Positions 43,585 through 56,266 of a stretch of DNA of 64,000 nt are shown here, in pieces. Every line of letters begins with the position of its first letter. The stretch's first letter is position 1. This stretch comes from Paramecium tetraurelia (taxonomy: Eukaryota), in the NCBI GenBank assembly GCA_000165425.1, contig CT868000.1, positions 1-64,000 of the forward strand, in the 5' to 3' direction. The notes below the pieces were generated by a model. It searched no databases, was not told the DNA's origin, and worked only from the letters and a program-made list of their open reading frames with translations. The translations under genes were made by a program, and so were the position numbers.

Positions 43585-45411
43585 ATGAATTAAAACAGAG
43601 AGTGTTAACATCATGAAAAGGTCATGGAGTTATTTTGTGAAACATGCAAAGACCTAGTCTGCAATGATTGCGTTAGTTATGGTCCACATCAAACTAAGAA
43701 TCATAAAATAATTAGTTTCAAAGATGCCTACACAATAAGATAGGCATTCATTAAGGACAGAATTGAAACCGCCATGAAAAATAAGAAGGAGAATCTCCTC
43801 GATTAATTAGAGAAGATAGAAACCAGAATGAAATATATCACGGAAGTGAAGGCCACCATTGTCAAAGACATTCACATGGAATTTGAGGGAGGTATCTTAA
43901 AGAGATTGAATGATTAATCTGGTACATTGACAGCAGTACTCCAGAAGGACATTGCTTGGTTATAGAAGCATTTGAATTCAATAGATGATTTTATTCACAC
44001 TTTTGAATATTTGGCTTTGGATCAGAATGTGTTACCCTTATTATTCATGTCAAAGACATTAAGTCAATAAACCATGAAGTTACTCAGCATCATTATTAAG
44101 AGTATTGCAATTCATTATCACTTAGCCGAAATAACTTCGCATCCTTCTGATCTCCCTAGAGAATTGTTTGATCTCAGAACCAAAATCAAAAATTCAGAAA
44201 TACTCCAACAACAAATTGAATTCAAAAAGCAAGTCATTTGGAAATGTCGATAAGAGAAGATCTAATCCTTATAGAAAATTAAAGAAGAATACTTCGTCAA
44301 AATTGAAGATGAAATCTATGATTGGGTAAGACTACTTAAAAAAGTGGTCAACACTTTGGACAGTTTGTGTATGATATGTACATTTTGTGGGTGTTTTATC
44401 GATGTAGTGAATGAACAATGTGCACTCAATGCTAAACCATATGAAGAAGTTTAATTAGATTGTATATATTAATCTTATTCGAAATTAAGTTACTGGATTT
44501 ACCAATGAGTTACCTAAAATGAAAGTATTTGGAACTTGCCAACATTTCTTTGGCTATCCAAGAGATGAGTATTTAATTTTGAGAAAGGATAAATATGCTA
44601 ACTTCGGGGATTATCAGGAACAACGAAGAGCTGCCAAGGAAGTCTACTTCAAAGTGTTTAGATCACTCTGTATATTAACATCAATATAGTCAAGGGTTTT
44701 CTATTATAGATCTAAAAGCCAGGAGATATTTGAAACAATTGGATTTGTAAGCCATATTCAAAAAATACGATCCTGATAACAAAGGCTGGTTGTCCATTGT
44801 CAAATTCAAATATCTGATGCATCAAGAATTGGGTATGTCTGTTTAGGAAGTCGAAAAACTAGTCATCTACTTTAGAGATGAAAAAGAAGACAAAGTAATT
44901 ATTAACAAATATGAAGGTCAATTATGAATACTTCCTGGGGATCGATTGGTATTTGGAAGAACTGTAGAGGTTGGAAGAACAAGTAAAAACAGAATCTGTC
45001 AAATATGCTAAATTATATAATAGGAGAGTGAGAGTTAAAACAACCTCTCCTCCTCCAAGGCAGGAAGCCAAATTTTTAGAAAGACCATAATAATAATAAT
45101 AATAATCAACTATTTATAGCAGTTTTACTCGTTTTTCATAAGCTGTTGAAAAACAGCCTGTCCCATAACCTGTTTAATATGAGTAGCCTCGATTTGGGTT
45201 CATAGATAGAGATAATTCTCATACTCAATCAGTGAGTAAACAGTTCCCTCAAAAAAACAATATAGAATTTTCAGCTGAATCCAGTTTGAAGAGCAAGTAG
45301 AAATCCTCTTCTTTGTAGCCTAAGAGAGTCTAATTTGAAGAGAAATAAAGTTATCAAAGATTTAAGGAATCTGCATAAGTAAGTGGAAATTATGCTTCTA
45401 AATATTATTGA
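43585..45411 (+). CDS. B-box + coiled-coil + CTFCG motif + EF-hand protein
   Basis: CQHHEKVMELFCETCKDLVCNDCVSYGPH..NH B-box; SDLPREL; CTFCG; EF-hand FKKYDPDNKGWLS; Q/S-rich tail. Confidence 0.8.
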
Positions 45412-45457
45412 ACATTGGACTTAGTTGACTATTTGAATTATTATAATTAAATTCAAA

Positions 45458-47012
45458 ATGGATAACTATAAAAAATATCTCTTTGATGAGAAATTTCAAG
45501 AACCACAACCTCGAAACACCTACTCATTCTAAGCTCAGGAGAGCCAAGAAGAATAGCCTGTCGAATCAAATTTTGATGATGAATACAAAAAAGATTTTCT
45601 TCAAAATCAAATTAAAAACATCAGAGAAAAATTGATAATGATGGGTTTTCCTAGTTTGGGTGATTTGTATAGCAATTCAAATTCTGAAGTTGATCTTACT
45701 GTCAAAGTGTAAGTATAATTCAAATCAATTTTTTAGATTGGTTGCAGTAATTAAATAAAGAAGAGAGGACATGGATTTTAAGAACACCTATCATGAAAGA
45801 GTTAATAAAATCGAAGCAGAAAAACAACAACTAGTTTCTAATTTTGAAAGAGTATCAAATAATCGAAAAATTCTTGAGTAAGAAAATACAACCTTATAAG
45901 CCAAGATCAAGAGCACAGAAAAGGTTCAGAAAGAATAAATGTAAGTAAATTTATATATTAAATAGTAATAAATTGATGCTGGAAAGAGAAGATCTATAAA
46001 AATAGCTATCAAAATTATAAAGTAGATCGACTTAATTTGAACATGAATTGAAGTAAAGGGATTTAGAAATTTAAAAACTTAAAGATCATATTAAGAAATA
46101 ATAGGCTTCCAAAACTTATAAAAATAGTTTAGAAATGACATAACCTATTGAATAAGGGGGTCCAAGTGTTTTTGCAGCAAATGGAGAATATGAATTCAGT
46201 CAATTGGTTATGAAAAAATGGGAGGAAGTCAATAACAAATTACTTAGGGAGAATGAATAACTTAGGGAAAATCTAGTTAAGATTCATACGGAACTAGGAG
46301 AGATACTGCAGATTAGGAGAGATGTCTATATCAAAAGAAGAAAAATAGATTTTGGAGATGAGAACATTCCACCAGAATTGGATAACCCATAGCAAAATAT
46401 GCATCAATTCAAAAGTGACTTATTCAAGGCTCCTTTAGAAACTAATGGCAAATAGGCTATTTCGATGTTGTAAGAGAATCTATCAACGTTTAAAGAACTT
46501 ATGAAGAAGTTTGATTAATAGTATGAACTTTAAATGAACGAAGATGAAATAGAAATTGAAGCTGAAGGAGGTAAAACTAAGGCATGTAAGAATTTGACTG
46601 AGTTATTCAAAAACTACAATTATATTTTTGAAGCTCAGGATAAGATGATAAGTTAAATAATCAATAAAAGCTAAAATTTAAAAAAGATAGACGAATTAAA
46701 CTTTAATTTAAATAGATTCAATAGAGTGTTGGATGACAAGTAGATTGATGATGTTAAGAAGTATTTACAAGATTAGAAGAAGTATCTGGATGAATCAAAA
46801 AATGAGATGGATATGATCAAAAAATAATTTTAACATTAATTGAAAAAAAGAGAAGAAGAGAAATAGATAATACAAGTATTCTTATTGATTGAAATATTTA
46901 GATGAAACGATAGATGCTAGAAGAAACTAATGATAAATTCAAGGAAAATATCAGAATGTTGGAAAATGCAAGTAAACAAGCCTTACAATAACTTAATTAA
47001 GATAATAATTGA
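45458..47012 (+). CDS. Afadin/alpha-actinin-binding (ADIP/SSX2IP/Msd1)-like coiled-coil protein
   Basis: IREKLIMMGFPSL, LVAVIKQR, RSTQFEHELKQRDLEIQKLK and LLRENEQLRE match the ADIP-family pattern. Confidence 0.7.
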
Positions 47013-47223
47013 TTAAATATTTTAGTATCTAATTATTATTATACAATAAAACTTTGCATTCCATTTTAATCCATCTTCTGTGATAGATAGATAAGATTTA
47101 GAGAGGATTCAATATATATCAGCAAATTGAAATAACATTCTTTATAAAATATAAAATTATATAACTAATTTGTTTGAAAATATTAACTAGCAATTACTAT
47201 TAAATTATTATTTATAATTCTCT

Positions 47224-50200
47224 ATGAACTTATTGCATCAGCCAAGGAATAATAAAAAACGTCTAACAATTTCAAAAGAATTGGCTTAGAGAAAATAGAG
47301 CATTATTTAACATGTTTAATGTATTTTAATTGATTTTTATATTGTAGCTGGTGCTCAATTAGTTAAATAAGATTCGTCTTCCAAATTGATCAAATAAGAG
47401 AAATAAGTTCGAAAAATATCTATAGATTCATCATTATATTCGCATTCCTCTTTCTATGTTCAAAAAAAGTTAAATATACAAATAAAATAGAAATTAAAAA
47501 GAAAAAGAATTAGAGGAGTATGAAGAATACTAATTGAATTCCTCTGAGTATTCAGAATAATCCATACCTGCAATTCAATATGTTAATTAGGAATCCATAA
47601 AAGAGCCTAATTAGATAATTGAAATCTATAATAATAAGAACCATAAATTTAGAGCTGATTTTGACGATGACATTCAAGGTAATTAAAAGCATGAAAAACT
47701 TTCCAAATATCTAGAACTATTTGCATTAGAATAGGACGATCACCCAGAAAATGAAGTAGCATATTCAAAAATAGTTAAAAGATATGAGAAATACTATTTG
47801 CGCAATCCTTTTTAGGATCCATTTTATATATAATTGGTACCATTAAAAGGAACAAAACGATTAATTTTTGAATTAAAAGTAAATTTATATTTAATTTTAA
47901 GAAATATTAAGATAACATAAAATTTTTAAAATTTAGAAAAATTGTTGTTTTTTTGTCACTGATATTTCCAATTTTAGCAAATGATATGATGAATACTAGA
48001 ATCTATAAGATATTGATGACAATATTGATTTTGTTTAATGTCTTTCTATTTATTGTAGTAAAGACAGAACATAGATAAGATACTTTTGAGATAGAACAAG
48101 TTGTTACAATCTTATTTATCATTGAAATTATCATAAGAATCTTAGTTTCTGGCTTCTTTTTCACTAAAAATGCCTTTTTTCTCAGGATGTAGGACATATA
48201 TGATTTCACTCTAATATTTGCGACTACAATAAATCTGTATTATCCAGAAATATTTATCATTGACATATCCCCATTGAGAATGATTACACTTCTATTTTAT
48301 TTGGGAGATATCTTTGATGATTTACAAGTAATGCTCAAAGCGCTCAAATAATCCATAAAGTTTCTAATTGAAGCATTGATGATAGTTGGACTCTTTTCTC
48401 TTTTCTTTGCAATATGTGGTGTATTCCTATTTCAAGGTTTGTTTAATTATCGATGTGAATATGACAATGGGGATGAGACAGATGGGTGGGTTCAATGTCA
48501 TGAAAATTCTTGTTATGAAGATGGCATGACTTGCAAATTTACATCTGAAACTCCAAAGATGCCAACCTCATTTAATAATGTGATATTTTCATATGGTTAG
48601 ATTTTAAGAACAATAACAATGGATGATTGGAGTTGGGTGATGTTTTTTACAATGAGAATATTTCATCCATGGGTGTGGATCTATTATTTGTTGATCATAT
48701 TTGTCGGTGGCTTTTTTGGATTCAATCTAGTTATCGCTGTTCTTAAAACTCATTATGCAGAGGCTGCTGAGGAGAGTGCAAAGAAACAAGAGGAGGAAGA
48801 AATTAATAAGTTAATAAAGGACAATTAAGAACATCCTGAGAGAGAACTCATTAATGTATTTGATGTCGCTTTTCTAAGATACATTGGATTCTTTTCGACT
48901 ATTCAAAAGTATAGGGAATGTTTTTCAAGCAAGATTATCATGACTTCTCATTTGGAATCTGAATCATAAATGAATAAAACCATTTCTGAAGCTAGAACAT
49001 TATCAGCTGCCTAGAAGAAATAAAGTGGTCAACATGTATATAATGTTAAATATAAATTAGAATTTTGAGAATTAAAGTCTGTTAAAAAAAATATAAGAAT
49101 TCACTACTAAGAACTTTTTACTCAGAAAGTTTAGATTGTTAAAATATTAGCAATTAATCATCAATTTAAAGAGCTACTCAGAAGATCCTTTGGAGTTGGA
49201 GATTCTATCAAAATTATAAAACACTTCATATTCCTGTTTGTAGTCAGAAGTGAATTATCAAATGGAATAAAACTTTTCAAGCTAAAATGATGTTTTATTA
49301 AGATTCATGTAATTCAACAAAATATTATTAGTTTGATAGATTTAGCCTTGTAAGAGGAGAAAAAGTTTAATCCTGAAAAAATGAGAAAAATCAAATTTAA
49401 ACAATAATATCCCAATTGGTCTAATTAGGTCAAGTTAATAAAGAAATAAGCTTAATAGCAAAAGTAATTGCAGAGAAGCTATTTTCCTTCAAAAAAGAAG
49501 AAAAATAATAAATGGAATATCAATTTTAAGAAAGATGAAGATAAAGAATAAAATGAAACAAGTAAAAACACTTATGAAATGCTTGAGAAGTCTCCAGAAT
49601 AATAATATTAAAATTTAAATATATAATAGAAGGCTTCATTAAAGAAAAAATCGAAAAAATTTGCTAAGATTGTAGAGGGTTAAGTTTTAATATTTGTCTA
49701 AGGGTATTACTTAACATATGATGAAATAAAAGATAAAGTCAACTTAAAGATCCCAATAATTAAAAATAATTTTACTAGTAATTAATTTAAATACAGAAAG
49801 TTAAGAGAAAAGGAATTATAGGGTGGTAAAATAATAAAAAAGAGTAATTGGTCAGGGAAGGATGTATTAATATTGAATACAAAGAATCTAGAATATTTCA
49901 ATCTTATTTTTATATAATTGAATTAAAGAGATGTTTTAATATGGATGCAGGGATTGAAAGGTAAAATCCTAAACTTAACTAAATATACCAATCTCATTAT
50001 TACAAGCACAACAAGTAGGGTCTGTTTTGATCTAGTAATATTCATAAATTTTACATTCCTTTCACTTTGGAACATAGCTGATTCTAACACAATCCATTAG
50101 GTTGAAAATGTTTCAACAGTATTACTTTCAATTGAATTATTGTTAAGAATAACTTCAATCAAAATAAAAGATTTTACTAGTAATCCAAATTACGTGTTTT

Positions 50201-53200
50201 AAGCAGCAATAGTAATCATTAATATAATTGAATTGACTATGAAAGATTTAATGAATGTTTTTGATGAATAAAATTTGAGATTAATCAGAGGAACCAAATG
50301 TTTGCTATTCTATCGATGTCTAAAATATAATGCTATGGCTGTTAGAATTGGGCATATAGCATCAATGACATTTAAATAATATATTTATTTGACATTTCTA
50401 ATGTTTTTGGTTATCTTTATGTATGCTTTAGTTGGAATGGAGATGTTTGCAGGAGAATTTGATTAAACTGACTCATTAGGTTAATTACATTCATATGATA
50501 ATATTTTCAAGGCCTTCATGACTATTTTTAATATCATGACCAACGATGATTGGTATGGAGTATATGTGATGGGAGGGGAATTAAATTACACCTTTGCGGT
50601 AATCTATTCATACTCTATGGTCATTATATTGAATTATTTGACTTATGGTCTATTTATGGCTGTTTTACTAGATGGATTTGGAAAGTATTTGAATGTATCA
50701 ACTGAGAATGCACCTTTATTCAATAATGAATAGCATGCTGAAATCACGCAGAATTCTAATGAGGAATTGGAGAAACAAGTATAATAAACCATTCTAAGTC
50801 CAATTGGATCTTAAACTCATATTATTTTAGAGAATAACTAAGCAAAATCTAAAGTTGATTTGATAACCAATTTTTTCAAATCCATCAGTAATATTTATAA
50901 TTAATTAGTTAGAATAGTTGAATAAAGAATTATTGAATAGAACCCCTAAACTATACACTGGAATTGAATGTTAGAGTTCTCTCTATATATTTGAGAAAGA
51001 GAATATCATCAGAATAGCGTGTACAAAGGTTGCCACAGCTAATGCCTATGTATATTTTATGGATCTAGTGTTGTATGCATCTCTTATAACTTTCATAATG
51101 AATACCTACTACGATTACGAGGAGAGTTCAAATAATACATGCAACATCATTTAATTAATAATAAACATATGGATGTCCATTGATATTGTAATAAATGTAA
51201 TAGCCAAGGGATTGTTTTTGGACAAAGGATCCTATTTTATTTCAGTGTGGCAGATATTGGATATAATTTATATAATATCTCACTTCATAACATTTGGATC
51301 TTCGTAATATGCACGGATTTTAGATTTCTTTTTGTATTTTGGATATCTAAGACCCATGAAATTACTATTTCGTATTAGTTGGTTGACACAACTAAGAATA
51401 GCACTTGGATATTCATTAGTAGATATCACAAATGTTTTAATTACTATGTTGTCTGTTTGGATCATGTTTGGTGTGTATGGGATAATTCTTTATGAGGGCT
51501 CGTTTGGTTTTTGTGATGATAAAATGAATTTTGAGATTAGTTACGATTAATGCATTAAAGAGAATAGACATTGGATTAATTATAAGCATAATTTCGATAA
51601 TATCACAGTTGCTATTCCAACCCTATTTGTTACATCAACACTAGATGGATGGGGAGAGATCTACTAAGTAGCTGAGAATAGTCAATTGTCAACTATAGGA
51701 CCTTAGCCATTCAATAGTTACATCTATACGTACTTTTTCTTTATAATCTTTGTATTCATTGGTTCAATGTTCTTTTTAAGTTTGTTTACAGGAGTTCTGT
51801 ATTCAAATTTGAAAGAAAATCAATAGAAGATTGAGATGACTGATGTCACTCAGTCCTAGAAGGAGTTCCAAGAGATCTCTTCCATAATTATTAAGGATTT
51901 CCCTATATTTAGTTCACCTCCTACAAATGGTATTAGAAAATTGGCATCAGATATAACTAATAATTCTTACCTTTTGATTTTCATGTATCTCTTGCTGATA
52001 CTCGATCTAATAATTCTATTATTGTTTGAATCAGATATGAGTGAAAGCTACTTCAGAGCTGTGAATAATGTTCATAATGCTTTGACTATAATCTATGTGG
52101 TTTGGATCATCTTACTATTTTTGGCATTGGGAGTTGGTAGATTTTTTGATAATTATTGGAGAAGATTTTATTTCTTTTTGATTCTCGTGGGCATAATTGA
52201 TTTTATAGCTGATTATTCGATTGATTGGATTATGATATATTATAGATCGACTCCTTATGACAAGGCTTATTAGATATTGAGGTTTTTCTTTTCGCTCCGG
52301 AGTTTAAGAGTGATTATTATATTCCAAGGATTAATAAATTTGTAAAGATTGATGAGAGTGATGGTGTTTGCATTCCCTTTTTTAGGTAAGATATTTACGA
52401 TATTGATGATTGCTATGCTTATTTTTGCTTTGATTGGTTGCTAACTGTATGGTTAAATAGATAGTGGAGCAGTGATGGATGATTAAATTAACTTCCAGAA
52501 TGTAGCTTAGGCATTGTTGGCTTTATTCAAATGTGCGTCTGGAGATGATTGGAGAACAATAATGACAGATACAATGCAACACAATCCTCTATGTCTCGAT
52601 GATCCTAAATATTGTGGAAGTGTTCACAATCAATATTTCTTCTTCCTGTTTATGCTCTTGTCTAATTACGTATTACTCAATCTCTTTGTACTTGGATTGA
52701 TTGAACAATTTGAACAGTTCTTTTAATTACAGAATTCCTTGATTCAAACCTATGTGGAAAACATCGACAAAATTAAAACTGTATGGTGCAAATACTCCTC
52801 TGAGACTCAAGGACAAGCTATGAATTACAAGTTTTTATGCAAGTTCCTGTTGGACATTGGTAAACCCTTGGGAGGAGGGAGGGAGGAGAATCTATGGGAT
52901 GTGGCCAAATTAGCATCAAGTTTCAAGTTATAATGGTAATTATACATTTCCTAATTATAGTGATCATTATGGTTACATCCAATACAATCAACTAATATAT
53001 GAACTGTTTAGAAGACGTTTTGTCAATGAGGTCTTTAAGGAAGGATCGGAGAGTTCGATTGTCAAAATTAAGCAATTCAATAAGGAAATGCAATTGAGAC
53101 TAATGTATTATAGGAAGAATAGATTGTTGGAGAGATCAAACATCAGTCCAAACAAATAACTTAAAGCTAACTTTAACATTTTGCATGATTATTTGACTGT

Positions 53201-53764
53201 CTTGATCCTATTCAAAACTTGGGAGTCCTATTCTAAATTGATCTTTTAAAAGATCTGCAGAGAAAATAACTTCTCAGACAGTGATGAAATTTCCATTCAT
53301 ATTGACAAAAAGAACAAACAAAAGTAATTATGTTATTGTTATATGAATCTAGTTTTAATAATTATGAATTTGACGATGACTTTTCTGAATCTGATAATAT
53401 GACACAATAATAGTTGAATAACTAGATATCCTAATAATTTAATAACTCAATCAATCAAAATTTAATTCTACAAAACAGCAGTAGTCTCTAAAGTGGTTCA
53501 AAGAATCATATTATTGGAAGTCTCAAGAATACAAGTACAAGAAGAGTCTAGAGTTTCAGGATTAAGAAGAAGGGCAATCAAAAAATCAACATCAATCCAT
53601 CAGAACCTCAAAACAATGAATAACTTAAACACTATAATACACTCAAAAGTCAGCAGTAGATTGATCAGGATGAAAAATTACCCTATTATAAAAACCAATT
53701 TGATTTGTCTCTTTAAAGTGACTACAAAGAAGGTACATTATTAAATGCAAGAAGAAATTATTGA
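47224..53764 (+). CDS. Four-domain (4x6TM) Cav/Nav-superfamily cation channel, copy B
   Basis: Pore loops TITMDDW (48619), MTNDDW (50542), TLDGW (51641) and SGDDW (52541). Clear paralogue of copy A, with shared intron positions. Confidence 0.92.
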
Positions 53765-53812
53765 GATGAATACTTGACATTCTGTTTATATTTAAAGTTT
53801 ATTATTATAAAG

Positions 53813-55794
53813 TCAAACTATTTTGTGAAATCTTACTGAGACAGAAACCCAAACAGCATAGATATCTTCTGGATAAATCTCCATCTTCACTCTAACAGCA
53901 TGGTATGTTTGATCTCCTCTTGCAGTGAGCACTTCTCCACCAACAGGAGATGTTTTGATATCCTCCAACATCTTCTAAATGTTCATGTGATTGAAACAAA
54001 TTGGAAAACTCATAAATGTATGTCCTTCAGGTATATAAGTTCTAATAGCAGATTGAAATTCAGTTTATGCAAATTGCAATCCTATTGTCAATAGTGATAC
54101 TAAATACCTGTGATCTTTTCAGTTTCATAATTGGCCAAGGCTATCTACATTATGCTTCCCAGTTTTTCATCATATCTAGTAGCCAAATTAATTACTAACA
54201 CTAGGATAATTAATACTTTTTCTGTAGCTTCCTATGGCTTCCCTGAGTTATAACTCTAACTTCGGTTCCAATTCATCAGCATGCATTGTTTATCTCAATA
54301 AGATCAATTAGAAATTTTGTGGTTTTAATAGGCTAAGTTCATTTGGATCAACAGCCTTCCATTTAGTATAGTCTTCGATATTGAGATCAGTTCTTAGCAC
54401 AGAATCGTTTTCTTAGATATTTGCATAAAAACACTTATGATTAAAAATACACCCAATTCTTTTATATAACTAAGGAACCTATTTTATTGTATTATCTTTA
54501 AAAATACCTTGGGATCATTAAGTTGAAACTTATGACCAGTCAAAGGTTCCCAGAAGTTGTATGTATATTCAGCCTGTTTCTAATTTGGCTATTTTGGTTT
54601 CTGTAATCTCGTCATAACCCATCCATGAGGCCTATCAGCTGTAGAACCGAATACAACATATGCATCTAAATTAAACCCAAGAAAGAATGAGCACAATAAT
54701 AAGCAATGGTCCTCAAAATCTCCACCTTTCAAAGCTAAAAATGTTGGAAACCTATGCCAAACCTCTAATCGATCTCCAGATGGTCCTCTATCCGAAGTCT
54801 TCATGGGTATCAGACTTACAAATCTGGCAGCGTGATTAGGACTCATGATCCCTCTTACACTTTGTAATTCCCTTATAAAAGTGCTAGATGGTCTCCATAT
54901 TCCATCTTGAGATTCTGAATACAATTTAATTGGTCGAACAGATAATTTAAGTTCTTTAAAATCATTCCACCAAGCATTGCCATAAGTATGAAATCTATCA
55001 GATATTTAATTGATCACAGATTTCTCTTTGGAAAGTTATGAAACCACTATGTTTTCTGGAAGCAATACTAACCCAGTTTTTGGTAATAATTCCAAATGAA
55101 TTTGAAGTATACCAACATGATTCTTCCTTTCATTTTGCATTTTTGTATTATAAGTAGTTGGAAGTTCTATATTCAATGAAATATTGCCATAACATAATAG
55201 AAATCGCCATTCGATTAATTTTTGTGAAAACAACTTTCTTTATCCATTTTAAATTTAAATTACGCATAACTCAATAGGGTGATCTAATTTGCTTAAAGTC
55301 AACAAATCTACATTAGCCTTTTGAGCTTCAGTTCTCAAATCAAACAAAAATAGTTCGTTAAACTCAGGTTCTACTGTGGCATCAACTGTTGCAGATGCAA
55401 ATCTCTGACCGCAAAAACTTAAATATAACTACAATTTCTAATTTTGAGGTTCAATAAAATCCAAGAATGCTCTTCCTTTGTATATACGCAAACTAACTGA
55501 GCGATAATTAATACGATCTGGGTCTACGAATGTAAGCTTAATATTCTCATTTGATCATACTTGTTTATTTTATTTACTAAATTCATCAATTTCATCCAAA
55601 TGTTTGATATCCAAGATGAGATTATCGATGAGATTTGTTTCTCTGAGTAATTTGGTCAATTTTTCATTATCCAAATCATCAATTTGAATTTTTTCACTTT
55701 CGATTTTCTTCTTCAATTTATCAAACACTTCACCCTTATCGAAATAATTGTTGATTAGTTATCGAATTTTAGTTATTTGTTCTTTGGAATACAT
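53813..55794 (-). CDS. CEP76: Centrosomal protein CEP76
   Basis: C2 domain (FCGQRFASATV..VEPEFNELFLFDL), WRFLL, SPNHAARFVSLIP, GDFEDHCLLLCSFFLG, FWEPLTG, IGCIFNH, and C-terminal YPEDIYAVWV. Confidence 0.88.
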
Positions 55795-55817
55795 ATTTTA
55801 AATATATAAATTAATTA

Positions 55818-56005
55818 ATGGACATATAAGACGCCTCTAGAGTTGTTTACATTTGTGGAAGTAAGTTACCTATGCTAAAATAGAGTGTGGAAAGGATGTT
55901 TAACTTGAAGCCAAAGACATAGTCAGATGTCAATGTGGCTATAGAATCCTATATAAAAAAAGAAAGGCAGATCCAAAGAATCCCCCTTAGTATGAAGCAA
56001 TCTGA
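55818..56005 (+). CDS. RPB12: RNA polymerase I/II/III common subunit RPABC4
   Basis: VVYICGKCG..LEAKDIVRCQCGYRILYKKR..QYEAI after removal of a 23-nt intron (55861-55883). Confidence 0.93.
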
Positions 56006-56266
56006 ATTATTATCATTTATGTATGCCAATATACACTTCTAATCAACTAAAACTTAATCATTCGACCTCTTCATACAAACCTGATTGCAACTAAAATTTT
56101 AGTAAAATAGGTTTGTAATATTTAAGCATTAAATAAGGATTATGCAAAAATTTACATTCCAATTTCACATCAATCGCAGTATTAGGATCTTTAATGATTA
56201 AATATTACTCTTTATAAATTATCTGAGTAAAGAGAAATGATAATAAATATCTTTGTTTACGTATTA

